A DNA stretch of 64,000 nt, taken from assembly GCF_009914755.1 (NCBI RefSeq), contig NC_060936.1; one strand, written 5' to 3'. The position numbers were made by a program, and so were the translations under genes. The stretch's first letter is position 1. Each line of letters opens with the position of its first letter. Below the pieces are notes generated by a model. The model saw only the letters and a list, made by a program, of their open reading frames with translations. It did no database searches and had not been told where the DNA came from. Source of the DNA: the human T2T-CHM13v2.0 reference genome, Homo sapiens. Shown one piece after another: positions 10,936 through 25,729 of the stretch.

Positions 10936-13900
10936 TTTCATTTTTTATTTTTGTGGGTACACAGTAGTTGCATATATTCATGAAGTACATGAGATATTTT
11001 GATGCAGACATGCAATACATAATTACATCATGGAAAATGGGATGTCTGTCTCCTTAAGCATTTATCCTTTGTGTTACAAACAATCCAATTATACTCTTCT
11101 AGTTATTTTAAACGCTACAATTAAATGATTATTGACTGTATTCACCATGTAGTGCTGTCAAATACTAAATCTTATTTACTCTTTCTATTTTTTGTGCCCA
11201 GTAACTGTCCTCAGCTCCTCCCACTCCCCACCCTCACCCTTCCCAGCCTCCGCTAACTTTCCTTCTGCTCTCTATCTCCATGAGTTCAATTGTTTTGATT
11301 TTTAGATCCCACAAATAAGTGAGAACATGTGATGTTTGTTGTTTTGTGCTTGGCTTATTTTACTTAACATAATAACCTCCAGTTCCATCCATGTTGTTAC
11401 AAATGAAATGATCTTGTCTTTTTATAGCTGAATAGTACTCCATTGTTTATATGTACCTCATTTGCTTTATCCATTCATCTGTTGATGGACACTTAGCTTG
11501 GTTACTTATAAGTCTTCACTATTGTGAAGAGTGCTGCAATAAACACAGGAGTGCAGATAACTCTTTGATGTACTGATTTCCTTTCTATATACTCAGCAGT
11601 GGTAGCTCTATTTTTAGTTTTACGAGAACCTCCAAACTGCTCTTCATAGTGGTCATACTAATTTACATTCACATCAACAATGTAGGAAGTTTCTCTTTTC
11701 TCCATATCCTCTCCAGCATTTGTTATTGCCTGTTGTTTGCATATAAACTATTTTAACTGGGGTGACATGGTATCTCATGGTAGTTTTGATTTGCATTTCT
11801 CTGATGGTCAGTGATATAGAGCACCTTTCATATACCTGTTTTTCACTTGCATGTATTTCTTTTTGAGAAATCTCTGCTCAGATCTTTTGCCCATTTTTAA
11901 TCAGATTATGATATTTCTTTCCTGTAGAATTGTTAAAGCTCCTTATATATTCTGGTTATTAATTCTTTGTCAAATGAGTAGTTTGCAAATATTTTCTCTC
12001 GTTCTGTGGGTTGTCTCTTCACTTCGTTTACTGTTTCCTTTACTGTGCAGAAACTTTTGACTTGTTCTGATTCCATTTGTCCATTTTTGCTTTGGTTGCC
12101 TGTGCTTGTGGCATATTACTGAAGAAATCTCTGCCCAGTCCAATGTTCTGGAGAGTTTCCCCCAATATTTTCCTGTGGTAGTTTCATAATTTGATTTAGC
12201 CTTTAATTCATTCTGACTTTATTTTTTATATGGCCAGAGATAGGGGTCTAGTTTCATTCTTCTGCATATGGCTATTCAGTTTTCCCAGTACCATTTGTTG
12301 ATGAGACTGTATTTTCCCCAGTGTATGTTCTTGGCACCTTGTTGAAAATGAGCTCACTATAGGTGTGTGAATTTGTTTCTGGGTTCTCTATTCTGTTCCC
12401 TTGGTCTATGTGTCTGTTTTTATGCCAGTACTGTGCTGTTTTTGGTTATTATACCTTTGTAGCATAATTTGAAGTAAGGTAATGTGATTCCTCCAGTTTT
12501 GTACATTTTGCTTAGGAGAAGTTTGGCTATTCTGGGTCTTTTATGGTTCCATATAAATTTTAGGATTCTTTTTTTCTATGTCTGTTAAGAATGTCATTGG
12601 TATTTTGATAGGAATTACATTAAATCTGTAGACTGCCTTGGTTAGTATGGACATTTTAACAATATTGATTCTTCCAACTCGTGAACATGGAATATTTTCA
12701 TTTTATTGTATCTTCTTCAATTTATTTCATCAGTGTTTTATAATTTTCATTGTAGAGAGCCTTCACTTCTTTGGTTAAGTTGATTCCTAGGTACTTATTT
12801 TTTTATGATTATTGAAAATGAGATTACTGTTTTAATCTTCAACTTTTATTTTTAAGTTCAGTGGTACATACATGTGCAGGATGTGCAGATTTGTTACATA
12901 GGTAAACATGTGCCATGGTGGTTAGCTGTACAGATCATCCCATCACCTAGGTATTAAGCCTTGCATCCATTAGCTATTCTTCCTGATGCCCTCCTTCCCC
13001 ACATCACCCCCACCAGCAGGGCCCAGTATGTGTAGTTCTCCCCCACAATGTTATTACTTTTTCAATTTCATTTTCAGATTTTTCACTGTTGGTATATAGA
13101 AACACAACTGATTTTTGTATGTTGATTTTGTATCCTGCCACTGAATTTGTTATCACTTCTAATAGTTTTTTGTTTTTTTTTTTTTTTTGGTGGAGTCTTT
13201 AGGTTTTTCCAAATAGAAGATCATATCATCTGCAAACATATAATTTGACTCCTCCCTTTTCAATTTGGATGACTTTTTTAAAAATTTATTTTGTCTGATT
13301 GCTGTAGCTAGAACTTCCAGTACTATGTTGAATAACAGTGTTGAAAGTGGGCATCCTTATTGTGTTCCAGATCTAGGGTAATGGCTTTCAGAATTTTCCC
13401 ATTTAGTATGATACCAGCTGTGGGTCTTTTTATTATGGTGAGGTATGTTCCTTTGATACCCAGTTTTTTGAAGGCTTTTTACACAAAGGGATATTGAATT
13501 TTATCAAATGTTTTTTAGCACCAATTGAAATGGTCATATGGTTTTTGTCCTTTACTCTGATGGTATGATGTATCATATTGATTGATTTGTATATGTTGAA
13601 CCATCTTTGTGTCCCTAGGATAAACCGCAGGGTTATTTATTTGAACCCCATTTGGCCAAGATGAATAATCTCTTTGACGTATTATTGAATTTCATTAGCT
13701 AGTATTTTGTTGAGAATTTTTATATCAATATTCATCAGAGATATTGGTCTGTAGTTTTCTTTTGTTGACGTGTCTTTGGTTTTAATATCAGGCTAATACT
13801 AACCTCATAGAATGAGACTGGAAGTATAGCGAACTTCTATTTTTGGAATAGTTTGAGTAGGATTGATACTAATTCTTTAAATGTTTGGTAGAATTCAGCA

Positions 13901-16900
13901 GTGAAACCATTGGGTCCCAAGATAATTGTTTAATGGGAGAGTTTTCATTACAGCTTCAATCTCGTTACTCTTTATTGGTCTGTTCATGTTTTGGATTTCT
14001 TATTGGTTTAATCTTGGTAGGTTGTATGTTTATAGGAATTTATCTATTTCATCTGGATTTACCAATTTATTGGCATATAATTGCTCAGAGTAGTCACTAA
14101 TGATCATTTTAATATCTGAAGTATCAGTTGTACAACTGAAGTATCAGTTGTAAGGTCTCCTTTTCATCTCTGATTTTAATTACTTGAGTCTTCTCTTGTT
14201 TTTCATCGTTAGTCTGCATAGAGTTTTTTCAGTTCTGTTTATCTTTTCAAAAAAGCACCTTTTTATTTTATTTGTATGTGTTCTTCATTTCATTTCATTT
14301 ATTTTGCTCTGATCTTCATTATTTATTTTCTTCTACTAATAGTGGGTTGAGTTTGTGCTTGCTTTTTCAGTTCTTTAAGATGCATCATTAGATCATTTGT
14401 TTGAACATTTTCTTCTTTTGATGTAGGCACTTATAGCTATAAACTTCCAGTTAGTACTGCTTTCACTATATTCCATATGTTTTGTTATGTTGTGTGTTCA
14501 TTAATACTTATCTCAAGTCATTTTTCAACTTTCTTCTTAATTTTTTCATTGTCTCACTGGTCATTCAGGAGCATATTAGTTAATTTCTATGTGTTCATAT
14601 AGTTTCCAAAATTCCTTTTGTTATTGATTTCTAGTTTTCTTTCACTGTGGTCAGAGAATGTACTTGATATTATTTTAGTTTTTTTTTTAATGTTTTAGGA
14701 CTTATTTTGTAAACTAACATATGGTATATCCTTAAGAATGATTTATGGCCTGAGGAGAAAAAGTATTGTGCAGCCATTAGATGAAATGTTATATAAATAT
14801 CTATTAGGTACATTTGTTCTATAATGCAGATTAAGCCCATTTTTTCTTTATTGATTTTCTACCTAGGAGATCTGTCCAATGATGACAATGAGGTGTTGAA
14901 TTCTTCAGCTATTATTGTATTGAGGTATTGAGGTGAGTCTCTCTCTTTATCTCTAATAATATTTGCTTTATATGCCCCAGTGTTTTATATATATATATAT
15001 GTATATATATATACATATATATATTTACAATCATTATATCCTCTTGCTGAATTGACTGCTTTATCATTATATAATGACCATTTTTGTTTCTTCTTACTTT
15101 TTTTGTCTTGAAACATCTTTTGTCTGATATAAGTATAACTACTTCTGCTCTTTTTTTGTTTCCATTTGAATGGTATATCTTTTTCCAATCCTTTAATTTC
15201 AGCCTTCATGACTCTTACAGATGAAGTGTTTCTTGTAAGTAATGGATCATTGGGTCTTGTTTTTTCATCCATTCAGCTATTCTCTATCTTTTTATTGGTT
15301 AGTTTACTCCACTTACATTCAGTGGCATTATTAATAAGTAGGACTTACTCCTGCCATTTTGTTATTTGTTTTCTGGTTGTTTTGTGGTCTTCTCTTCCTT
15401 GTTTCCTTCTTTCATTTTTTCCTGTCTTCCTTTTAGTGGAGGTGATTTTCTCTGGTGGTAAGATTTATTGCCATTAATAATTTCTTCCTTTTTATTTTTT
15501 GTATATCTATTGTATTTTTTCAATTTCAGAATAATGTCTTATAACCCATTATTTTATACTGATGACAACTTGACACTGATAGTATAAACAAAAAACTAAT
15601 AAACAGGCAAAAAGAAAACTAATAAAATCTCTACAATTTAACTTTCTGTCCCTGCTTTTTAACTTATTGTTGTTTCTCTTTGTGTCTTATTGTACTGTCT
15701 ATGCCTTGAAAAGTTGTCGTAATTATTATTTTTTATTAATCATTTAGTCTTTCTACTTAAGATATGAGTAGCTTACACAACACAATTACGTGTTATAATA
15801 ACCTGTTTTTCTTCGTGCTTACTATTAGCAATGAGTTTTGTACCTTCAGATGATTTCCTCATGCTTATTAATTAATATCATTTTCTTTCAGATTGAAGAA
15901 TTCCTTTTAGTATGTCTTGTAGGACAGGTCTGGTGTCAATGAAGTCCCTCAACCTTTGTTTGTGTGGGAAGGTCTTTATTTTTACTTCATGTGTGAAGGT
16001 TATTTTTGGTGGATATACTATTCTAGGGTAAGAGCCTTTTTTTTTTCCTTTAGTACTTTAAATATATTATGCTACTTCTGGCCTGTAAGGTTTCCACTTA
16101 AAAGTCTGCAGCTAGATGTATAGGAGCTCCATCGTATGTTGTCGTTTCACTTCTCTTGCTGCTTTTAGAATCCTTTGTCCTTGACCATTGGGAGTTTTAT
16201 TACTAAATGCCTTGAGATAGTGTTGTTTTGGTTAAATCTGCTTAGTGTTTTATAACCTTCTTGTGTTTGAATGTTGATATCTTTATATAGGTTTGGGAAA
16301 TTATCTGATATTATCCCTTTGAATACATTTTCTACCCGTCTCCTTCTCTACTTCCTGTTTAAGGCCAATAACTCTTATATTTGCTCTACTAAGGCTATTT
16401 TCTAGATCTCGTATGTGTGCTTTTTTTTTTGTCTCCTCTCACAGTGTATTTTCAAACAGCCTGTCTTCAAGTTCACTAATTCTTACTTCTGCTTGATAAA
16501 TTCTGCTATTAAGAGATTCTGATACATTACTCAGTATGTCAGTTGCATTTTTCATGTCTAGACTTTGTGCTTGATCTTTTTTATTTCAATGTCTTTGTTA
16601 AATTTATCTGATAAAATTCTGAATTACTATTCTGTGTTATCTTGAATTTCTTTGAGTTTCCTCAAAATGACTATTTTAAATTCTCTTTCTGAAAGGATAA
16701 TCTCTGTTTCTCCAGGATTGGTCTTTGGTGCCTTATTTAGTTCACTTGGTGATGTCATATTTTCCTGGATAGTGCTGATACTTGCAGATGTGTGACTGTG
16801 TCTGGGCATTGAAGAGTTGGGTATTTATTACAGCCTTCTCAGTCTAGGCTTGTTTGTGCCTGTACTTATTGGGAAAGCTTTACAAGTATTTGAAGGAACT

Positions 16901-18775
16901 TGGGCCGTAAGCCCAATAATGTTGTGGTTTTTGCAGACTTGTAGAGGTACCACCTTGGTGGTCTTGGATAAAATCTAGAAAAATTATCTGGATTATGAGG
17001 TAGACATTCTTGTTCTTTTCCCTTACTTTCTCCCAAACGAATGGAGTCTCTCTCTCTGCACTGAGTCATCTAGAACTGGGGGTGTGGTGATCCAAGCACC
17101 CCTTTGGCCACTGCCACGGGACTCTGCTGAGACAGATCTGAAGCCTGTACTGCACTGGGTCTTACACAAGGCTCTCAGTAACCATTACCAGCTAACACCT
17201 ATATTCACCCAAGGCTGTAGGGTTCTAAGATCAGTAGTTGGTGAAGCCAGTAAGGTTCGTATCCTTCCCTTTGGGGTGGTGAGTTCCCATGGGCCCCAGG
17301 CGGATCCAGAGATACTGTCTGAGAGCCAGGGATTACAGTCAAACACTATACAAAATTATCTGATGTTCTATTCTACCACAGCTAAGTTGGCACTCAAACC
17401 ACAATACAAAGTCCTTCCCACTTCTCCCTCTCCTTTCCACAGGCAAAGGAGCCTCTCCTTGTGCTTACCACGACTGCCAGCCCATGGGGGTTTGTTCTAG
17501 GCCACCGCCAATGTGCACTCAAGAGCCCAAGGGCTCTTGAGTCAGGTTGTGGTAAACGCTGGCAGGCCTGGGACTCACCCTTCATGGCAGTAGGCTCCTT
17601 TCTAGCCCAGGGTAGGTCTAGAAATGCTGCCCAAGAACCTAGGCCTGGACTTGAGGACTCCAAATGCCTATTATTTGCTCTGCCCCACTGCGACTGAGTT
17701 GGTACCTAAGGTGCAAGACAAAGTCCCCTTGACTTTTCCGTCTGCTTTTCTCAAACAAGAGTCTTTCTCCACAGCTAACACAACTGGGAATGTGCTAGGT
17801 CACACCTGAAACCAGCACATCTCAGTCTCACTTAAGGCCGACAGTGTACTACCTGGGTATCACTGCTAGTTATTGAGTGCCTAAAGGCTCTTTAATCAGC
17901 AGGAGACAAATCCTGCCAAGACTAGGTCTTTCCCTTCAAGGCAGTGGTTCCCTTTTGGCCCAGACCATGCCTAGAAATGTCATCTGGAGGCTAGGGCATG
18001 GAATGGTGGCCTCACAACTCTGCCGGGTGGCGTATCCTATTGTCACTGAGCTGGTACTCAGGATGCAAGACAAAGTCCTCTTTACTCTTTGATCTCCTCT
18101 CCTTAAGCAAAATGAAGGAGTCACTTTCATTTCTTGAGCTGATCTGCCTGAAGAGGGGTGACACAAGTTCTCCCTTAGCCGTCCTGGAGGTGTCTCCCTA
18201 GGTGACAAGCCGAAGTCCACTGGCTCTAAGCCCAGCCAAACACTAGGACTTGCCTAAGACTTGCAGTCCTTGTGTCCTAGAATATCTTTCAAGTGTACCT
18301 AGGACCACAGAACACTTTGGCTCATGGTAGTAAGGTTTGCTGAGAAACTCAAATTCTAACCTCTGGGATAGGCAATGCCCCTTTCTAGGGCTGGTCCAAA
18401 TGCTCCCTCCATGTATGGGCACTGCCTGGGCCCAGCATGGCTTTTCTCTCCTCTCTGCTATGACAGAACAGCACTGAGTTCAATGTAAAGTCCCCCAAAT
18501 GCTGTGTTCTCCCTCCCTCAAGTGCACAGGCTCTCTTTGTTGCACAGCTGAAGATGGAGGAGGGGTGGGATTGGCAATTCAGAACTAACTCTTCTACTCT
18601 CTTCAATGCCTTTTCAGTGATATAAAGTTAAAAACAGGTACAGTGATTGCTCACCTGATTTTTGGTTCTTGTGATGGTGCTTTTCTGTGTGCAGATAGAT
18701 ATTAAAATTTGATGTTCTCACGGCAGGAGAGACAAATGGTGTAGGCTTCTATTCTGCCATCTTGCTCTGACTCCC
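10936..18775 (-). mobile_element. Full-length decayed L1MA2-type LINE-1 (5' UTR, ORF1, ORF2, 3' UTR)
   Basis: 3' UTR with CCTTTGTGTTACAAACAATCCAATTATACTC; continuous antisense ORF2 homology; ORF2 start ATG (MAGVSP) at 15357; ORF1 remnant 16627-16809 (ENMTSPSELNKAP...EFKIVILRKLKEIQ); 5' end with YY1-type CAAGATGGC at 18756-18764. Confidence 0.9.
12834..13052 (-). mobile_element. 5'-truncated L1PA11-13 type 3' end nested in the L1MA2 ORF2
   Basis: ATCATCCCATCACCTAGGTATTAAGCC...CATCCATTAGCTATTCTTCCTGATG; flanked by ATTACTGTTTT (12823) and ATTACTTTTT (13053). Confidence 0.8.
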
Positions 18776-19849
18776 TTGAGTTAATTTTTAAAATTAATTT
18801 TCTTTTCTAAGACTTTCAGTTTCAGCAAAGATAGATTAGCTTATTTTGGACTGACTTTTTTGCTGCAAATAACTGTAAATGTGAGACAATATATATATGA
18901 AATTTTGAAGAATAACCAATAGAGGAAGGATATGAGCATAGACAATCACTGAGAAACATTAAGCATATAAGATAAGCTATATATTCATCTTATGTTTCCT
19001 CTGAGGATTTTTTTCTTAATTTTTTATAGAAATAGAGTACAAGCTGAAAGCAGTAGTATTACTGGCTTGAGGAAACAGATGTTGGAGCTTGACATAGTTT
19101 AAACAGATTTGTAGAATGCAGGATCATTTCTAAAAAGTAAGAGGCACACCACAGAAGTTACAGCTATACCATGTAAGTGAAAGCAAAACTAAAATAAACC
19201 AGACCCAGCCAACCCTTGAGAATGAAAATATTTCCCACAAATTTAAGCAAAAACTGATTATTCTGTAGCCATGGTTGTAAATAGCCATCAAAATCTGAGT
19301 TTCATTGATCAGCGGCAACTCAGTGAACACATTTTTACAAGCCAATAAATCAATGTAAATCTCTCATTTATGGTAGTCAGCTAATCATAAACATGATTCC
19401 AATAAATATGCATCTATATGCTTGATAACTGATAAACAGCCTATTTTCAAATAACAACCTGTGTGGTTGATGTCAGCTCACTCATGCTTCTGAAAGTCTT
19501 CCAATACATGAATTCTGTCCTCATCAAAGTCCCTATGGAAGATGAGTTCTCAGCTCTACTTGGAAATTATATGTCCAATAGAAACAATTTTCCCTTAATA
19601 TAGTAAGAGATAGTTTCAATTTTTAAAAAATTTTAGACATCAATTTTGATTTCATCATCCAGTGATAATCTAAAACCAACCCAATATAGTATCAAAGAGA
19701 TCCACTGGTACTCTATCTACCTGCCAAGAGAAAAATAAATCATATATAAAAAGTTATATCACCTAGCCCTTCTAAAATGTTTTCATCCACAATAATATAG
19801 GTTCTACTGAAAATTCAGAAACTTGAAATAAAATATGACCAGATGATCA

Positions 19850-21600
19850 AAAAGGAATAAAAACAGACTATGAAAACAGACCTACAGATGATTCCCATAA
19901 GAGTTGCCAAAGTTACTTTAAAATTCTGAGAATACAGTCAAGAAAATAGGAGAAAAGGATAAAATTTCAAAATGTGAAGATTTTCAATAGAGATATTCAA
20001 TCTATAGAAAAAGTATTAAAATAATTGTAAAGAATTGAAAATAATACAATACCTATAATTAAGAATTCATTAAAATTATCAGCATTCCGGAAACAACAGA
20101 AGATATAATTAATGAAATTGAAGACATTTACTTAAATAGAATAAGAGAAAATTTATTCCTGGAATAAGTCATGATGAAAAATAAGTCTTGGAAGATTGTC
20201 TGGTGGTATCTACTAAAGCTAAACAGAGTAACTTCATTTCAAGGTATATACCCAAGAGAAATGAATGAATATATCCACCACAAGTCCTGCCCCCAAACAT
20301 AAATTGCAGCTTTATTTATAATTGCATAAACTAGAAAAAAAATAAGTATTTTATTTTATTTTTAACTTTTATTTTAGGTTCAGGGATACAAATGCATGTT
20401 TGTTATATAGATGAATTGCATGTCACAGCAGTTTGGTGTACAGATTATTTTTCACTCAAGTCATAAGAATACTACCCAATAGGTTGTTTGTTTGTTTTTT
20501 TATCTAGCTCTCCTACCATCCTCCACCTCAAGGAAGCCCCAGAGTCTGTTATTCCCTTATTTGTGTCCATGTATACTCGATGTTTAGCTCCCACTTATAA
20601 GTGAGAAGATGCAGTATTTGGTTTTTGGTTCTTTCATTAGTTCACTAAGGATAATGTCCTCCAGCTCCATTAATGTTCCTGCAAAGAACATTACCTTGTT
20701 GCTTTATGGCTTCATAGTATTTCATATGTACCCCATTTTCTTTATCCAGTCTACAGTTGATAAGTTTTAGGTTGATTCAATATCTTTGCTATTGTGACTA
20801 GTGCGGCAATGAACATACATCTGCATGTGTCTTTATGGTAGAATGACTTGTATTCTTTTAAGTATATATCCAATAATGGGATTGCTGGGTTGAATAGTAA
20901 TTATTTAAGTTCTTTGAGAAATTGCCAAACTTTTTTCCACAATGGCTGAACTAATTTACATTCCCACCATCAGTGTATAAATGTTCCCTTTTCTCTGCAA
21001 CCTGTCCAGCATCTGTAACTTTTTGACTTTTTAATAATAACCATTCTAACTCATGTGAGATGATATCTCATTATTGTTTTGGTTTGCATTTCTCTGATGA
21101 TTAGTGATGTTGAGTATTTTTTCATATGCTTATTGGCCGCATCTATGTCTTCTTTTTAAAAGGGTTTGCTCGTGTTGTTTGCCCACTTTTTAATGGGGCT
21201 GTTTGTTTCTTCTGTGTGTGTTAATTTGTTTAAGCTCCTTATAGATTTTGGATATTAGTCCTTTGTCAGATGTTCTCAAAAATTTTTCTCCCATTTAGTA
21301 GGTTGTATATTTACTCCTTTGACAGTTTATTTTGCTCTCCAAAGCTTTTTAGTTTTATTAGGTCTCATTTGTCAATTCTTAAAAAAAAACAAGTATTTAT
21401 CAGCAGTAAACATTAAATAAATTACGATAAATCACAAAAGGGTACTACACAGCAACAAAAAAGATTGAGCTACTGCTAAGTGTGACAAAATGAATAAATA
21501 TCACAGATATCTGAAAGAAAACAGAAACTGAGTACGTCTGTACATGCAGTATGATTTTATTTACATACGATTCAAAACAGGCAGAATTAATCTATGGTGG
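19850..21600 (+). mobile_element. Fragmented ancient L1ME-type remnants, interrupted by a younger L1
   Basis: A-rich ORF1-like stretch 19850-20150; 3' region GGTATATACCCAAGAGAAATGAA...GCAGCTTTATTTATAAT resumes after 21398 and ends AATTAATCTATGGTG. Confidence 0.55.
20352..21380 (-). mobile_element. 5'-truncated L1PA15/16-type element with TSD
   Basis: GTTTGGTGTACAGATTATTT...TACCCAATAGG 3' UTR; TSD AAAAAAAA(T/C)AAGTATTT at 20335-20351 and 21382-21398. Confidence 0.85.
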
Positions 21601-23075
21601 AAAAAATGTGTACTTTAAAAGGAAAAAATTGAGTCACATTACTGTTGTTAAATTCACCCTCACATCTTCAATTAGGATAGAACACACATCTATTCCTCCT
21701 TGTACAAAAGAAGGAGGCAAAAACAATAATAAAAAAAAAGAAAAAGAAAAATATAGATACCAGCAAGAAACTATCCTTTTCCCTTCACTTTAATTTTGTT
21801 AGTGCTTGACCTCTCCCAATACCTAGAATCCAACCAACTAAGTAAGGATTTAAAGATACAACTGAAGTATAATATTTTGGCTAAGAAAAAAATCTAGTTT
21901 TGAATTTCATTTTACATGTTTTCAGAATATCCATACAATAATTTTTGAGTAGTGTTAGGTTTTATTTCTTGAAATGAATTTTCTGCAAATAGTGTTTAAG
22001 AAATCTGATAACAGACTGTGACCTAATTCTGAATACCTGAGAAAGAGGTGATATCTCAGGTGACCACCTCAAAGGCACAGAAAATGAATCAGCTGTTTCT
22101 CATTATCACCCACCTTCGAGGTACAGCAGCAACATTTCTTCACCTTTACAAAGGTCTAAGGTGGTAATTATGTCTGCATTCTTCTTTTATGATAGACATA
22201 GCAGCCTACAAAAAGCATTAATTCAACCTTGTTGATTACATTACTTCTAGCTACAAAGGTAGCACATTGTTTATTTTCTGAAATGACTTATTACACATCT
22301 GGCTTTAGTAGATTAAAGAAAATATAAGCTCATTTGAATTTGCATGCATAAACTGGAACTATTGATAGATGAGACTGTAGCATTAAAATGTTTTATGTTA
22401 ATTTTTTTCTATGACAACAGTTTTATAAAACCACGTACTTTAAATGAATGCCAACCCAAACTGGCATTAGAATCGTTGACATTCCAGTACAATCACTCTA
22501 AATGTAATAATATTTAAATGAAAATATCTGAGGTTTTACATTTTTAATATAATTTCAGTAAGAATGCAGTGAAACAACAGGTGAAGTATTATAAAATTTT
22601 CTGTATAGTGTGCTAAAGATTAAGAAAATGAATTCTATTTCTTTTATCTTATCACTTATATATATAAAGAGTACAAAATCAAACATTTTTAAAAATTGAA
22701 AAATAATTCTAAATATCTCCCTATACATATGATAATATTATACTCAAATATTTTGAACCTATAGAATGACTTTTGGGAGTATTTTGGTTGTGCTCCTGTG
22801 GGTGTGTGTTGATGTGCATTACACTTAATTTTAATTTTTATAGATACATAATAGTTGTACATATTTATATATTACATGTACAAACAATGTACTTATTGGA
22901 TGATTAATAAAAACGTTGTCATTATAGATTTATGTGAATTTAAAAAAAATGGAGCACCAAAACAACTAATGTTTTTCTAAAGGATCACTTCCAGTGAGAA
23001 GATAACCTCTTGCTTTATAAATCTGTTAAAGGAAATGTATATTAATTGGTGATGGTACCCTTCCTTTACTTGTAA

Positions 23076-23480
<405 letters not shown>

Positions 23481-23728
23481 GTGCTCAATAGAATTTAAAT
23501 GTTATGTTTGATTTGGTAGATACACTGTAACCCCAAGCTTGAAAAAAAAAATTTTCAAGAGAAAAGTCTCTCTATCCATAGATCAAATTTATAGGTAAAA
23601 TTTCAAGTAAGCTCACAGTTTACTGAACATTCAATACTCAAATGTATTATAAGTCATTTTCAAACAAAGATATTGAAGTGTAAGAGGTAATAGCCTAAGA
23701 CTGATCATCTGCCAAGTGACCTGTTTTT

Positions 23729-23858
23729 TATATATATATATATATACACACACACACAATATATATACATAATATGACCTTTCATTTATATATATATATA
23801 CACATGTATATATTATATATACATATATATATACACATTTTATATATATGTATATATG
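23729..23858. repeat. (TA)n/(CA)n low-complexity tract
   Basis: Interrupted TA runs plus a short CA run. Confidence 0.9.
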
Positions 23859-25729
23859 AAAAGTATTTTCTCTTTCTCAAAATGTTACAGAAACTGGCTT
23901 AGGTTAGGTTTAGAAAATTCAACTTCCTCAGTTGCAGTGCTTGGATACTAAGACTCTACCTCTAGCTCTGTCATTAAAGGGAAAGACTGATGCTTCACCA
24001 AACACAAAGGCTAGAGTGGTAAAGTCTGTCATTGGATTGCTCCGCCACATAGTTGCAACCACAAGGATTAAACTCCAGCCCTGTAATAATACCATAAAAA
24101 TGCTGGTTCTTCCACTAACCATCAATGCTGAACCATCAGGATGAAGCTGTAGCGAAGATTTTAACAAGTCACATTACTGTCATATCCTGATCACATTAAT
24201 AAGGCAGCTCAAAGCTCCCCAGCTCACAGGTCAGATCTTGTACTCAAAACTTCCGAGTACGATGAGCAATCCTGATTGTTACTGTTCTCTTTCCATGATA
24301 TATCACATATATGGACACTAAAATGCATTAGAAGTTCCTTATCTAGGTAGGTTTGCAAAAATAATATCATGACCTCCTAAACCTGAAGGAATACATTCAA
24401 GGAAAAATAATGAGGTTAGGCAATAACATGTCAAATTGTAAATTTATTTAAAACTGGTTTACCAATTTTAATTAATTTGAATATAATTTTAATGACAAAC
24501 CTGTGTTACTTAAGTGTCCTATTGTTCTGTCAATTGATTTAAAAAAGATAGGTACATATATATAACATACGTTTCTGTTTATATTTACATATAATATATA
24601 GTATTTTACAATGATTCTTCCTTCTCTTTATAAACAAAGTAAACAGTTTCTGCTGGGCTAAGTCAGATATTTCCTGATCACCTAACTAAGAGAAGAAAAA
24701 TAAAATAGATTTTTCCAGCCCACGGTTGTTTCATTATTCCAGACAACACTTTATATTGATCCTTCTCTATTTATTTCTAATTTTGTTGCCACTGATTGAG
24801 TTGAGCTCTAAATCTTCTGATGGCTTACATGCTGTTAGGATGCTGCATTGCTACCAGAAGCACCAGGTAGCAATGTTCTCATTTTAAACTCTAATTTGGT
24901 CTTATTTGCAGCAAATTAAGGTGTCTGATGTAGCACTTTAGCACCCAAAATGCATTATTTTACGTCTTTCATAATTCACCCTCACAGAAAATATGTTGTA
25001 TGTGATCATTACGAGTTTGTATATTAGATATCTAGAATAAGAACTGTGAATCAGATAAATAAACATAGAAATTGCCCCACAATCCACCAATATATGTGGC
25101 AAAGCTTGAGTCTCTAAATCATTATATTTCCAATTTCTTTGTTTAAAACTTGCCAGAAAAGCAAAATGTGACATGAAAAGGGTTTGAAAGGTATACCTAT
25201 TTTAAGGATTATTTCCTGTTATAGATGCTGAATCCTGACTTTTGGATAAGGTTTTGTTTTGAAGAGATGTCTCAATGAAGGATTATATATGTAGTACATT
25301 TACTCATGGACATACAATGAGAACTACTGATTACTCACATCAACAATTTTTTTGGAATATAAAAATTAAGGCAGTGTAATTTATGAAAAGAATAGATGAA
25401 TGAGAAGGATGAGGAGTCTGGAAAAATGGCCCGAATTTGGGCTACTGCCATAACTATTTAGGTAAGACCCCATGCCTGAAACACAGTATAGTTATTTAGT
25501 AAGGAGAAGAACACACAATAAGAAGAAAAAAATTAATGTAGATTTTTAGAATTATAGAAAATATAGCTAAATGTGTATTTTGAAATACAGGTACTGGTTT
25601 TACATTTTGTCATTTTTATTTACATTTTACACATTGTGAAATAAAAAGGCTGCATTGATTGCTTTTTAACATCACTTCTTCGCTTTGGATGGGTTTGTCT
25701 TTTGTTGTTGTTGTTTACAGGAGACCCAC

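Noticed and set aside
17084-18606. Cluster of 60-140 aa ORFs
   Set aside because: All lie in the GC-richer L1MA2 5' UTR, where stops are rarer; no known protein similarity seen.
19250-19630. Possible degraded LTR
   Set aside because: Composition is suggestive but I could not identify termini or a family.
22338-22345. ATTTGCAT octamer in unique sequence
   Set aside because: A single 8-mer is expected several times by chance in 64 kb of AT-rich DNA; no adjacent SOX half-site.
23928-24167. Overlapping ORFs on both strands in non-repeat DNA
   Set aside because: Short, no recognisable domain and no convincing splice boundaries.
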